A DNA stretch of 64,000 nt from an uncultured Gammaproteobacteria bacterium (GTDB taxonomy: Bacteria; Patescibacteriota; Microgenomatia; Levybacterales; UBA12049): NCBI GenBank assembly GCA_964571255.1, contig CAZNAA010000001.1, positions 702,230-766,229 on the forward strand, read 5' to 3'. A program made the position numbers and the translations under genes. Positions 1 to 10,228 of the stretch are shown piece after piece. Below the pieces are notes generated by a model. That model saw nothing but the letters and a program-made list of their open reading frames with translations. It was not told where the DNA came from and did not search any database. Every line of letters starts with the position of its first letter. Within the stretch, counting starts at the first letter, position 1.

Positions 1-2
1 TT

Positions 3-359
3 GGCGTTGCGCCTATTCTTGCGGGAGTTGGGGTACTATCAGCGGTCTATTATTTTTTTCTTCAACAAACAACTTTTTTAAACTGGACTATTCTTATCCC
101 TATTTGTACCACTTTTGTTATTGGTAATACCATGTTTTCTAGTCGAAAAGATTTAGAGGGCACCTTGGGGTTTCTAGTTATTGTTACCATTATCGGTGGA
201 ATTCTTTTAGCAGCAAATCCTTTTCTGAATCAATCACTTATTTATTTTCTAACTACTACTGCCACTCCTTTTTTTACCATTCTTTCTCTTTACTTACTTC
301 CTCCTATTATTCTGGACATAGCAATTATTCTTCTCGCAAAAGCACTCCAAACTACTTAG
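3..359 (+). CDS. membrane protein, 5'-truncated (enters from upstream of window)
   Basis: Frame 3 is open from position 3 into the tracked ORF 132..359 and the translation is hydrophobic throughout; no family recognised. Confidence 0.3.
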   Translation, partial: GVAPILAGVGVLSAVYYFFLQQTTFLNWTILIPICTTFVIGNTMFSSRKDLEGTLGFLVIVTIIGGILLAANPFLNQSLIYFLTTTATPFFTILSLYLLPPIILDIAIILLAKALQTT

Positions 360-2046
360 TCATATATTGACTACACATTTCCTCTCTAGATAAGGATTCA
401 ACTTTCAATTGAGAAAATGTTTTTGTGTTAATAAATCCTTGGAGTAAGTCGTAATTACAAAATGGATCATTGTAGATTCGATACACTGCTCCCCCATCAA
501 CCAAACGAGAAATAACCATACTATCTTGAGTTGTTTGAGAAGTTCCACATTCTGCTTGAGAGATATAAATAGTATTGGTATCAGGAACAAAGTTTAAATC
601 ACAAGACATAATAGTAACTCCACTTAACGTATACTTTTTCTTTTCAAAAGACTGACGAATCTCCATTACTGTTTCTTTATTTAACTTATTTGAATAAAAC
701 AAGTATTTTTTATATACATCCTCTGCATTATTAGAAAAAACAATCACTTTTTTGTTTTGCTCTTGTGCCTTGTCTATATACGCAGCCATTACTCGTAAGG
801 GTAAATCCGATCCACCAACAAGTGGGTATCTGGTGAAATAGACATAACTAAACTTTGCAATAAGAAAAGTATAAAGAAGCAGAAGACTGAGAGAAAATAT
901 CACTTGTTGCTTTTCTTTTAGGAAACTTTGGAGCTCTGAGATTCCCACACCTGCAACGATAAGAAGAAAAGGAATAAGAAGCGTATTGTGAGGAGAAAAG
1001 TTATCAGGATTTTTATGAAAAAGTTGAGGGACAATACTTAAGAGAATTAATCCGACGAGTACCCATCCCTTTTTCGGATATCGAGAAAATAAAAACCACA
1101 TTCCCACTAGAATACCTATCCCATCAATAACATGAAATAATCCGTAGGACTGCACTCCATAGAATTGATCCCCATTCATAAACAAGTATTCAGGAGAAAA
1201 TACTGCTGCAGTTTTTTTAAGTAAGATATCAGTGTATACAACAAGTTTATTTCCCATCACTAAAGAAAGTGGCGAGGGAATACTATTTTGTCTTTGAGAG
1301 ATAACAGTTTTAGAAACAGATTCATGGGTTGGCAAAAAGATTTCTCCTACTCGAGAAGTAGAAGTTGAAAATAATAGAGCTCCATACAGTCCAACTACTA
1401 AAAAGGATGCCCCAAGAAAAACCAAGTGTTTCTTTCCTACTTCTTTTTTGTTTTGAAAATATAGATATCCTATCCCGAGTAAAATTACAGGAAGAAAAAT
1501 GAGTTTGGTTCCAATATAGGAATAAAAACCAAGAAGAAAAATTGCGAAGGTAATAAAAAATTGCAAAGTGGATTTTGCTTTAAGAAGCAAATAAAGTCCT
1601 AAGATATAAAAAAACATGGAAAGATTCATTTCATACCCTGTGCGTCCAATAACTATTAACCATGGATTAATACTGGCAAGAAAGGCAACCCAAAGGGCTG
1701 TTTTTTCCGTGAACAACTGTTTTGTTAAAAGATACAGTGCATAAATTATCCCAACACTAAATACGACATGGGGAAGTTTTGATAAGAAAAGTGAACCAAA
1801 CGAAAAGAAGGAGAGAAAGTAGGGAAGTTCTGCTTGAGGAAAAGCTCCTAAAGGATACTGAAAAAGAAAAATAGATAAAGGATTCCACGTTCCTGAGACA
1901 TCACTTCCTGTAAAAAGAATAAATTTAGCAATAAATGAATAAATCATCTCGTCCCCACTGATGGCAACAGGGACTCTATCTAAAAAAATACCTCGCAGGA
2001 AAAGAGCTAACAGTACTATTCCGAAAAGAAGCTTATTTCCCCTCAT
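352..2046 (-). CDS. GT-C fold membrane glycosyltransferase (PMT/ArnT-like mannosyltransferase family)
   Basis: 564 aa polytopic protein; N-terminal LRGIFLDR...DEMIY loop-1 DE motif typical of GT39/GT83 lipid-linked-sugar transferases. Confidence 0.55.
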   Translation of the reverse strand: MRGNKLLFGIVLLALFLRGIFLDRVPVAISGDEMIYSFIAKFILFTGSDVSGTWNPLSIFLFQYPLGAFPQAELPYFLSFFSFGSLFLSKLPHVVFSVGIIYALYLLTKQLFTEKTALWVAFLASINPWLIVIGRTGYEMNLSMFFYILGLYLLLKAKSTLQFFITFAIFLLGFYSYIGTKLIFLPVILLGIGYLYFQNKKEVGKKHLVFLGASFLVVGLYGALLFSTSTSRVGEIFLPTHESVSKTVISQRQNSIPSPLSLVMGNKLVVYTDILLKKTAAVFSPEYLFMNGDQFYGVQSYGLFHVIDGIGILVGMWFLFSRYPKKGWVLVGLILLSIVPQLFHKNPDNFSPHNTLLIPFLLIVAGVGISELQSFLKEKQQVIFSLSLLLLYTFLIAKFSYVYFTRYPLVGGSDLPLRVMAAYIDKAQEQNKKVIVFSNNAEDVYKKYLFYSNKLNKETVMEIRQSFEKKKYTLSGVTIMSCDLNFVPDTNTIYISQAECGTSQTTQDSMVISRLVDGGAVYRIYNDPFCNYDLLQGFINTKTFSQLKVESLSREEMCSQYMTK

Positions 2047-2104
2047 TTCTATTCAGTATAGCAATGATTTGACAGAAGAGATAGAAACACAGTAAAGTGA
2101 GAGT

Positions 2105-4159
2105 GTGGAACCCTCCTCTGCCTCACCAACACCAGCATCAGATCCTCTTCACACGGAACTTACTAAAGGTGATAATAAACGGTTTCTTTTTATCATGGGA
2201 GGCTTAAGTATTCTCCTTCTTCTCACAGTTTTTGGTATGGCAACCTTTTTAAAAGGAAAATTACTCCCTTCTTTCTCAACAAATCCCAACACAACTACTT
2301 CAGATAATTCTAGTCAAAATACTCTTGGGCAATGGATCAACTGTAATGACGTCCGAGACATTATTTCAGAAGGAGACACTCTTTATGTTGCCTGTTATGG
2401 AGGGGTATTAATTCTTAACAAAAATGGGGAGATTAAAGAACAAATAACAAAAACAACAGGTTTAGGAAACCATACAAGCACTTCATTAGTGAAAATTGAT
2501 GACAATCTTTATATCGGCTCCCAAGATGGATTTACTCGCTATAATCTAAAAACGAAAGAGGCAAAGAAAATTAGTGTAAGTGAAGGACTAGTAAACGGAT
2601 CAAATATCATATTACGAGAGGATGGGACGGATATTTGGGTCGGGACATTTGATGGATTAAGTAAATATTCAACTACTACTGGAGTAATTACTAATTACCG
2701 CACAGAACTTGCGAACAAATCAACTAAATACAATATAAGTAACATTCTTGTTACACCTAGTAGTGTGTATGTCATTGTTCTTGCCAGTGCTGAATCATCG
2801 GGAGGAGTTGCGAGATTTGATAAACCAACTCAAACATGGGAGAGATTTGATGAGACAAGTTTTGTATCATCCACCTCTAATCCATCACGAATTGATTTGT
2901 ATGAGCTTGCACAAATCGGAGAAAAAGTATACGTAGCAGATAGTGGAACGATGATTTGGGAGGCTGAAAATAAAAAAGCTAGTAATTGGAAACCCTTATC
3001 AGAGATCATGGGAAAAATTGTTGATTCTCCTCAAAAATATGCCAACTTACTCGGTTCTCAAGGTGAAAAATTGTATGTACAACAAGATAAACAAATTTAT
3101 GCAGTTACTCCATCTTCAACCTCTACTGAGATATTTATGACCATTTCTCCAAACACTTTTGGAGGAACCTCCCCTATTATTTTAAAAGAGAACAAGATAT
3201 GGTACATTCAACCATATTCAGAATGGATTGTGATAGATATTCCTTCTAAGAGTGAATCGAAGCTTTCTCTAGAACGACCAGGTAAATTCTCCTCACTTCT
3301 TGGTGTTATTGATTCCGCTCTTTTCTTAGTGGCTGATGCTAGTGTCTATTCTTTAAGTAATAAACAATTTAAAAAAGAGTTAGATTTATCAAACGGTACT
3401 TTTGATGTTGTTCCCACCTTTTATCCGATTGTGGATTCGGACAAAATCTTTATGAGTTTTCAGTCTTGCGGACAAGCATGTACTGAATCACTTTTTTATC
3501 TCTATGACTATAAGGATAAGAAGAGTAATAAACTAACCGTTCCTGATTCTATTCAAAAACAATATCTAGAAACTAACCAATTTGGAGCACAACATCCACC
3601 CATTGTCTTTAACTCATTTAATAAGGAGAAAAACACAATTATCCTAAATGTTACAGGAAGTAAAGCGTTTACTCTTTCCTATTCTCTTCAAAATAATATA
3701 TGGGATCTACAAAGCACTACACCAACGGTATATCCCCCGATAGATCGGATAACATGTATTCCAAGCTTTACCTATGCTAAAGCCAATAAATTTGAGCAAA
3801 CAACCTGTCTTTCTGAAGATATATCCCCATTCAAAATTGAAACTAGTTCTCAAAACGAGGCCTCTCTTGTAACAGAAAATGGAGTAAAGGTCGATTATCC
3901 TCTTCCTCCTCTTGACTACTCACCTTTCAAAGGAGTAGATACTTCCTATTTCTTATCTCATATAGTTCCGAGTAAAGATAAGCTTTGGGTGATTACTTCT
4001 CGAGGATATAGTGTCTATGACAAAAAAACAGCTACTTGGAAAGCTCTTACAGAGAAAGACGGAATATTATCTAACTCAAATATTTTAACCCAACTTCTTG
4101 TTACTGACTCTGAAGCTTGGGTTCTTACAGAAGCTGGACTCTCCTATCTTCCTCAATAA
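2105..4159 (+). CDS. signal-anchored beta-propeller protein (two-component-regulator propeller-like repeats)
   Basis: N-terminal TM helix; repeated motifs LYVACYGGVLILN / LYIGSQDGFTRYN / IWVGTFDGLSKYS resemble Reg_prop blades; true start probably an internal Met. Confidence 0.45.
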   Translation: MEPSSASPTPASDPLHTELTKGDNKRFLFIMGGLSILLLLTVFGMATFLKGKLLPSFSTNPNTTTSDNSSQNTLGQWINCNDVRDIISEGDTLYVACYGGVLILNKNGEIKEQITKTTGLGNHTSTSLVKIDDNLYIGSQDGFTRYNLKTKEAKKISVSEGLVNGSNIILREDGTDIWVGTFDGLSKYSTTTGVITNYRTELANKSTKYNISNILVTPSSVYVIVLASAESSGGVARFDKPTQTWERFDETSFVSSTSNPSRIDLYELAQIGEKVYVADSGTMIWEAENKKASNWKPLSEIMGKIVDSPQKYANLLGSQGEKLYVQQDKQIYAVTPSSTSTEIFMTISPNTFGGTSPIILKENKIWYIQPYSEWIVIDIPSKSESKLSLERPGKFSSLLGVIDSALFLVADASVYSLSNKQFKKELDLSNGTFDVVPTFYPIVDSDKIFMSFQSCGQACTESLFYLYDYKDKKSNKLTVPDSIQKQYLETNQFGAQHPPIVFNSFNKEKNTIILNVTGSKAFTLSYSLQNNIWDLQSTTPTVYPPIDRITCIPSFTYAKANKFEQTTCLSEDISPFKIETSSQNEASLVTENGVKVDYPLPPLDYSPFKGVDTSYFLSHIVPSKDKLWVITSRGYSVYDKKTATWKALTEKDGILSNSNILTQLLVTDSEAWVLTEAGLSYLPQ

Positions 4160-4168
4160 TGGTATAAT

Positions 4169-4657
4169 ATGAGTATGAATCCCACACAAGAAATCGCAAC
4201 TTTTGGTGCAGGCTGTTTTTGGGGAGTTGAGGAGACATTTAGAAATCTTGATGGAGTTGTCCAAACTTCAGTTGGCTATATGGGAGGCAATAAAGAAAAT
4301 CCAACCTATGAAGATGTCTGTTCTGACCAGACAGGACATGCTGAAGTAATTCAAATCACTTTTGATCCAAAAATCACCTCGTATAAAAAGTTATTAGATG
4401 TATTCTGGGAGTCTCACAATCCAACAACATTAAATCGTCAAGGACCAGATGTTGGGACACAATACCGCTCTGTTATTTTTTACCATTCTCCACAACAGAA
4501 AGAAATTGCTGAGAAGTCTCTTAAAGAACAAGAAGAAGTGAGAGTATATACGTCCCCCATTGTCACCAAGATTGTTGAAGCAACACCTTTTTATAAAGCT
4601 GAAGAATACCACCAACAATACCTCGCCAAAAGAGGTTTAGAATCTTGCCATATTTAA
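4169..4657 (+). CDS. msrA: peptide methionine sulfoxide reductase MsrA
   Basis: Catalytic GCFWG motif at N-terminus (FGAGCFWGVEETF); 162 aa. Confidence 0.9.
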   Translation: MSMNPTQEIATFGAGCFWGVEETFRNLDGVVQTSVGYMGGNKENPTYEDVCSDQTGHAEVIQITFDPKITSYKKLLDVFWESHNPTTLNRQGPDVGTQYRSVIFYHSPQQKEIAEKSLKEQEEVRVYTSPIVTKIVEATPFYKAEEYHQQYLAKRGLESCHI

Positions 4658-4661
4658 TTCC

Positions 4662-5489
4662 ATGCCACAAGATAAATTTTCAGCTGTATGGCTTTCTCAC
4701 TCGAGTCTTACTGATTTTTTAAAGTGTCAAAGACTGTATTTTCTTCATAACGTCTATCGAGATCCAAAGACAGGACACAAGATGGGGATTATGAATCCAT
4801 CTTTAGCTCTTGGACAAACTGTTCATATAGTCCTTGAGGAATTATCTACTCTTCCTGTAGAAGAGAGGTTTAAGAAATCACTTCTTGAAAGATATGATGA
4901 GGTATGGAAAAGTGTTAGCGGGGAAAAAGGAGGATTTAAATCAAAAGAGGAAGAAGAGGAAATTAAAGAAAGAGGGAAAAAAATGCTTGAGCGGGTTATG
5001 AATAATCCTGGACCTCTTCTTAATAAAGCAGTTAAAATAAACCAAGATCTTCCTCATTTTTTACTCTCTCCTGAGGAGAATATTATTCTTTGTGGAAAAG
5101 TTGATTGGCTTGAATATTTACCAGATACAGATAGTGTTCATATAATTGATTTTAAAACAGGGAAAAAAGAAGAAGACCCAGATTCACTACAACTTCCCAT
5201 TTATCATCTCCTCGTTCAAACCTGTCAAAAACGAACAGTCTCAAAAGCCAGTTATTGGTATTTAGAAACAAATGACAGTCTTACGGAAAAAGAGTTATCA
5301 GATACCCAAGCAGCCAGAGATCATTTACTTCACTTAGGCAAACAAGTAAAACAAGTGCGAAGTGAAAAACTTTTTGAATGTCGGAAAAAGGGATGTTATC
5401 ACTGTGAGCCGTATGAGAGAATTTTAAAACAACAAGCAAAACCTGTGGGAGTAAATGAATATAATCAAGATATCTATATTATTACTTAG
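4662..5489 (+). CDS. PD-(D/E)XK nuclease superfamily protein (Cas4/RecB-like, Fe-S cysteines)
   Basis: IIDFKTGKK D..K motif; one N-terminal Cys plus C-terminal C-x4-C-x2-C cluster as in Cas4/AddB nuclease domains; no CRISPR nearby. Confidence 0.45.
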   Translation: MPQDKFSAVWLSHSSLTDFLKCQRLYFLHNVYRDPKTGHKMGIMNPSLALGQTVHIVLEELSTLPVEERFKKSLLERYDEVWKSVSGEKGGFKSKEEEEEIKERGKKMLERVMNNPGPLLNKAVKINQDLPHFLLSPEENIILCGKVDWLEYLPDTDSVHIIDFKTGKKEEDPDSLQLPIYHLLVQTCQKRTVSKASYWYLETNDSLTEKELSDTQAARDHLLHLGKQVKQVRSEKLFECRKKGCYHCEPYERILKQQAKPVGVNEYNQDIYIIT

Positions 5490-6327
5490 AACTCCATCTA
5501 GCATAAATTCCTGTTGAAAGATTTTTCTTAAAACTATCCTCAATTATTAACTCTCCATGTTCAATTGTTCCACTTTTTATATAATCTTTGAGTATGTTTT
5601 CTAACATAAAAGAAGAAGCTGTTATGGCGTAAGCATTCACGATCAAAAATAATGCCTCTTTTGAGAGAAGCTTAAAGCAATCCTCAAGAAGCAGAAGGAA
5701 GCTTTTTTGGAAATCCCATACTTCACCATCTGGTCCATGTCCATAAATTGGAGGATCCATAATAATCCCGTCATACTCTACTCCACGTCGTATCTCTCTT
5801 TTTACAAAAGAAACAGCATCATCAAGAATCCATCTGATCGGCTTATCAGTTAGACCAGATGCATCTTGGTTTTCTCTTGCCCACTGAATTGCTTTTTTAG
5901 AGGCATCAACATGGGTAACACTTGCTCCTTGTGCGGCACAAGCAATACTTGCTCCACCTGTATAACCAAAAAGATTTAGAATTTTTATATCCTTTCTCCC
6001 GGAGAGTTCTATTTTCTCCCTCATAAAATCCCAGTTCAGGTGTTGTTCTGGAAAAATTCCTGTGTGTTTAAACGGGGTAAGTCGAGCGTGAAAAGTTATG
6101 TCTTTATAACAAACGTTCCAAAACCCTGGGACTGGTTGGCGAATCTTCCATTCCTTTTCAAAGTGAGCATGAACTTTTTTCCACTTATTCTCATCACTTT
6201 TCTTCCAAATGCACTGAGGATCCGGACGAGAAAGAAGAATATCTCCATACTTCTCTAGTCGATACCCGTCTCCACTATCAATAAGAGAATAGTCCTTCCA
6301 CCCGGTAGTATGTAAGGGAGTGATCAT
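5482..6327 (-). CDS. class I SAM-dependent methyltransferase (RlmI/YccW-like rRNA MTase catalytic domain)
   Basis: LNLFGYTGGASIACAAQGA SAM-binding motif and DPPIYG motif IV. Confidence 0.5.
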   Translation of the reverse strand: MITPLHTTGWKDYSLIDSGDGYRLEKYGDILLSRPDPQCIWKKSDENKWKKVHAHFEKEWKIRQPVPGFWNVCYKDITFHARLTPFKHTGIFPEQHLNWDFMREKIELSGRKDIKILNLFGYTGGASIACAAQGASVTHVDASKKAIQWARENQDASGLTDKPIRWILDDAVSFVKREIRRGVEYDGIIMDPPIYGHGPDGEVWDFQKSFLLLLEDCFKLLSKEALFLIVNAYAITASSFMLENILKDYIKSGTIEHGELIIEDSFKKNLSTGIYARWSSK

Positions 6328-7292
6328 ATCGTTTTGAGTTCTTTTAAAAGAATTGGAACAAGCTTTTTAATTTCCGAATCATCATAAATATTAATTGAGT
6401 AAACTTTCTTATTCATTTTTTTAAGTTGTTTTACTTTTTTTCCTGTTTCTTCTTTAGTTAATAAATCGGATTTTGTGAGTAGCAAAATCTCATTTTTATC
6501 AAGAAGTTTGGTATTGTATTCTGAGAATTCATTTCGAACAGTGTTATATGTTTCAACAACGTTGTCTACCGTTCCATCAATACAGTGAATTAACATTTTT
6601 GTTTTCTCAATATGCTTCAGAAAAGAGATTCCTAACCCTTTCCCTTTTGAAGCTCCTTCAATAAGTCCGGGAATATCAGCTAAAATATATTTATCCATAA
6701 CTCCTAAGTTGGGTTCAAGAGTAGTAAAAGGATAATCTCCAATCTTAGGTTGTGCATTTGTCAAAACAGAGAGCAAACTACTTTTCCCCGCGTTTGGAAG
6801 TCCAATAATTCCAATATCTGCAATGATTCTTAAAACCAAGCGAATTTTTTTCTCTTCTCCCAAGGTTCCTTTTTCCGCAAAGCGAGGAGTCTGATTAGTT
6901 GAAGACTTGAATTCATTATTCCCCCGTCCACCTTTTCCTCCTGCAGCCATGAGTACTCTTTCATCATTCACTCTCATCTCTCGTGTTTTTCCACTTTCCA
7001 AATCCGTTACGTGTGTTCCAAAAGGAATAGAAATGATAAGATCTACTCCGTTTCTTCCATACAGATTTTTTCTATTCCCTTTAATTCCTGTCTCAGCTTC
7101 CCATTTCTTCTTATATTGAAATTTTTGCAGTGCTGAAACATCATCTACGCCTTGGAGATAGACACTTCCTCCGTTGCCTCCATTCCCTCCGTCAGGACCA
7201 CCTCGATAGTTTCCCTCATTGGTACGAAAAGACACGGCTCCATTGCCTCCATCTCCACCTTTGATCGTAATAGTCACTTCATCAATTAGCAT
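6324..7292 (-). CDS. obg: GTPase Obg/CgtA
   Basis: N-terminal glycine-rich Obg fold (GGDGGNGAVSFR, GGNGGNGGSV) followed by G1 motif GLPNAGKS. Confidence 0.9.
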   Translation of the reverse strand: MLIDEVTITIKGGDGGNGAVSFRTNEGNYRGGPDGGNGGNGGSVYLQGVDDVSALQKFQYKKKWEAETGIKGNRKNLYGRNGVDLIISIPFGTHVTDLESGKTREMRVNDERVLMAAGGKGGRGNNEFKSSTNQTPRFAEKGTLGEEKKIRLVLRIIADIGIIGLPNAGKSSLLSVLTNAQPKIGDYPFTTLEPNLGVMDKYILADIPGLIEGASKGKGLGISFLKHIEKTKMLIHCIDGTVDNVVETYNTVRNEFSEYNTKLLDKNEILLLTKSDLLTKEETGKKVKQLKKMNKKVYSINIYDDSEIKKLVPILLKELKTI

Positions 7293-7346
7293 TCCTCTAT
7301 TTTAACACAAAACTATAGGCAAAAGGGGACGTGCTATACTATATCT

Positions 7347-7814
7347 GTGTCAACTCTTCCTCTTCCTGGAGAAAAACATTTAACTGCATCAATCTGGATA
7401 ACAACTCCGGAGAAGCCTAAGAAAATTCTCCTTATTCATCATAAAAAGTTTGATATGTGGATTCAACCTGGAGGGCATGTAGAACAATTTGAGAATCCAT
7501 TAGAATGTATTATTCGAGAAACTATTGAAGAAACAGGAATAGATCTTAGTCCTTTTTTCACAACCACACCTATTGGTGAACAAAAACTTCTTCCTCTTCC
7601 TAAATTCTTTTTTGAAGAGATTGTTCCACCTCACGGAGAACAACCAAAACATTTCCACCTTGATTGTATGTACCACATAGAGCTTCCTGAACAGAGAGTA
7701 ACAAGAGAAGAGGCAGGAGCCAATGATATAGGGTGGTTTACTCTTGAGGAAACTGAAAAATTAAGTGTCCACAAAAACACACGGTATGCAATTGAAGAGT
7801 TATTAAGAGAGTAA
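7347..7814 (+). CDS. NUDIX hydrolase
   Basis: Nudix box GGHVEQFENPLECIIRETIEETGI. Confidence 0.8.
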   Translation: MSTLPLPGEKHLTASIWITTPEKPKKILLIHHKKFDMWIQPGGHVEQFENPLECIIRETIEETGIDLSPFFTTTPIGEQKLLPLPKFFFEEIVPPHGEQPKHFHLDCMYHIELPEQRVTREEAGANDIGWFTLEETEKLSVHKNTRYAIEELLRE

Positions 7815-7815
7815 G

Positions 7816-9582
7816 TTAGAAAATATCAAACTTCTCAAGGAGTTTTTTATTCCCATCAATCTGGTAGTGAAGTAAATCAGAATAAATCCCTTTTCGTGAA
7901 GATAACTCTTGAGGACTACCACTATCAACTATTTCGCCACTATCAATTACCAAAATCTTGTCCACATTTTGAATAGTTGAGAATCTGTGAGCAATGATAA
8001 TGACTAGTTTTTTCTTCATTAAATTTTCAAGAGCTTCTTGAACTTCTTTTTCAGATTTTGCATCTAGACTACTGGTTGCTTCATCCAGAATAAGAATCGG
8101 TGCATTCTTAAGAATAGCTCTAGCAATCTGAATTCGTTGCTTTTGTCCTCCAGATAGTTTTACTCCCCTTTCTCCAATCTCTGCATCCAACCCTTTTGGT
8201 AACTTCATTACAAAATCATACGCGTTTGCCAACTTTAAGGCTTCAATCACTTTTTTCTCTGAGGCTTCAGTTCCATATACCACGTTTTCTCTTACAGTAC
8301 TTGAGAAGAGTTCATTATCTTGGAAAACAAGGGAGATATTATGCCGGATAAAGCCATGATCAAGCGCTGAATAGCTTTTTCCAGAAAAAAGAATGCTTCC
8401 CCCTGTTGGTTCATAAAATTTCAAAATTAAATTTACAATCGTTGACTTACCTGCTCCACTATGTCCAACAAGTGCCACTTTTTCGTTTTTCTTCATTTCA
8501 AAACTCACATCTTTTAATACATTGTTTGACGTTTCATATTCAAAACTCACATTCTCAAAAGTAATAGTTGGATCCTTAACTGTTTCATACTCTTTTTTTG
8601 TACCCATGGTTTCTGTTGAGGGGAGAGAGAGAATATCAAAAAATTCTTTCGATCCACTCTCTGCTTCTTGAATTCGAGTCAGGAGAAAAGAGATGGCAAA
8701 GAGAGGTCGTCGAGCTTGTCCAATAAGCTGTAAGATAAGAACCATTTCTCCAATACTTAACATGCCCATAAAGGTGTTGTAAAAAACAATAATATTGATA
8801 ATCAGGAGAACAATTTGAAGACTTAACCCTCGGTAAAAATCAAAAATATGAAAGGTTTTACTTTGTTTGGCATAAATCTTATTGCTATCTCCCAAATTTT
8901 TAGATACTAAATCATACTCATATTTTTGGGTATTAAAACTTTTAACCAAAGCGATATTTGAAATTACTTCCCTAATTCTTCCTCGTGTTATATCTTCAAT
9001 GGCATTTTTCTTTACTTCTTCAAGTCCCCATTTTTGGGTTGAGATATAACTAATAAAAATATAAATGGGGAAAAGAAGAAAGGTAAAAAGAGCAATATAT
9101 ATATTGTAATAGGCAAGGACAAAAAGAGTAAAAACACTTTGAAGGAACATAGGAAGAAGAAAATTTGTCATTGTCGAGACAAAACCTTGAATTGACATAA
9201 TCCCTCGTGATAACTGATTAATTATTTTTCCAGATACTTCAGAGTCAAAATAAGTCTGAGGAAGAGTCATTACTTTATGGTAGAATTTTTCTGTTAAGTA
9301 CTTTCTCAATTCTCCTGTTACATGATCGCCTAATCGTTCACTAAGAACAGTGAAAACAAGGGAGATAAGACTTGATACAAATACTGCACCGATAAGAAGA
9401 ATCAATCTATTCAAGTCTCCAGCTTGGCCTTGAACTTGAGCCACAATCTGATCAACGATTGATTTGGAAAGAATTGGGCCTAATAACTCAAGCAGTGCTC
9501 CTCCGACAATTAAGGCCGCCAGAAGAAAAAGTAAGTTGTATAAAGGCTTAGCAAGCTTGATGATTTTAGCTATATTTTTCAT
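7816..9582 (-). CDS. ABC transporter permease/ATP-binding fusion (MsbA-type exporter)
   Basis: N-terminal 6-TM domain; Walker A GHSGAGKST, signature LSGGQKQR, Walker B ILILDEATS. Confidence 0.85.
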   Translation of the reverse strand: MKNIAKIIKLAKPLYNLLFLLAALIVGGALLELLGPILSKSIVDQIVAQVQGQAGDLNRLILLIGAVFVSSLISLVFTVLSERLGDHVTGELRKYLTEKFYHKVMTLPQTYFDSEVSGKIINQLSRGIMSIQGFVSTMTNFLLPMFLQSVFTLFVLAYYNIYIALFTFLLFPIYIFISYISTQKWGLEEVKKNAIEDITRGRIREVISNIALVKSFNTQKYEYDLVSKNLGDSNKIYAKQSKTFHIFDFYRGLSLQIVLLIINIIVFYNTFMGMLSIGEMVLILQLIGQARRPLFAISFLLTRIQEAESGSKEFFDILSLPSTETMGTKKEYETVKDPTITFENVSFEYETSNNVLKDVSFEMKKNEKVALVGHSGAGKSTIVNLILKFYEPTGGSILFSGKSYSALDHGFIRHNISLVFQDNELFSSTVRENVVYGTEASEKKVIEALKLANAYDFVMKLPKGLDAEIGERGVKLSGGQKQRIQIARAILKNAPILILDEATSSLDAKSEKEVQEALENLMKKKLVIIIAHRFSTIQNVDKILVIDSGEIVDSGSPQELSSRKGIYSDLLHYQIDGNKKLLEKFDIF

Positions 9583-9781
9583 ACCTTTGTATTATACCGT
9601 TTTTAGAGGCTAAATGATACAAATTAGATCCTAGTTCCTCTTGATCCTGATGTTTTAAGAGAAGCAATTGAGGATACCTGGTAAGATGAAAAACATATAC
9701 CCGTAACAATGCTCTGTAGGATATTCCCTAGTCTAAATAAAAAGTTATGCTGTTTTAAGCAGAATATGCTAGGATAATTTC

Positions 9782-10228
9782 ATGACGATTCTCTATCAAA
9801 ATCTCCCATCAGTTGCTCTACGTTTTACTAAAGGTGAAGAACTCATTTCTTTACTCACTACCTACGCAAAGGAAACGAATATCTCTTTTGCAAGCTTTAC
9901 GTTAATTGGAGCATGTAGTTCTGTTCTCCTCTCCTATTACAACTTAGACACAAAACAATATGAAGATAAAGAGGTTAAGGAAGATATGGAGATAGTGAGT
10001 GTTATTGGAAATATTTCGCTAAAAGACAATGAACCAGTTATTCATTCCCACGGAGTATTCTCAAAAAGAGATTTCTCAACCATTGGTGGGCATTTAAAAT
10101 CTATTATGATCTCAGGAACTGGTGAAGTGTTCTTAATGGTTTATCCTGTACAAATTACTCGTGAATATGATGAAGATACTGGACTATTCCTCCTTTCAAA
10201 TGAATTACAAACGAGTAAGACAGCTTAA
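9782..10228 (+). CDS. PPC (DUF296) domain protein, predicted DNA-binding
   Basis: Duplicated-half pattern ending in IHSHGVF...IGGHLKSIMISGTGEVFLM characteristic of PD1-like PPC domain. Confidence 0.45.
   Translation: MTILYQNLPSVALRFTKGEELISLLTTYAKETNISFASFTLIGACSSVLLSYYNLDTKQYEDKEVKEDMEIVSVIGNISLKDNEPVIHSHGVFSKRDFSTIGGHLKSIMISGTGEVFLMVYPVQITREYDEDTGLFLLSNELQTSKTA

Noticed and set aside
132-359. 75 aa ORF as an independent gene
   Set aside because: The same frame is open back to position 3 with hydrophobic translation, so this is more likely the 3' part of a gene entering from upstream. It is reported as a truncated CDS instead.
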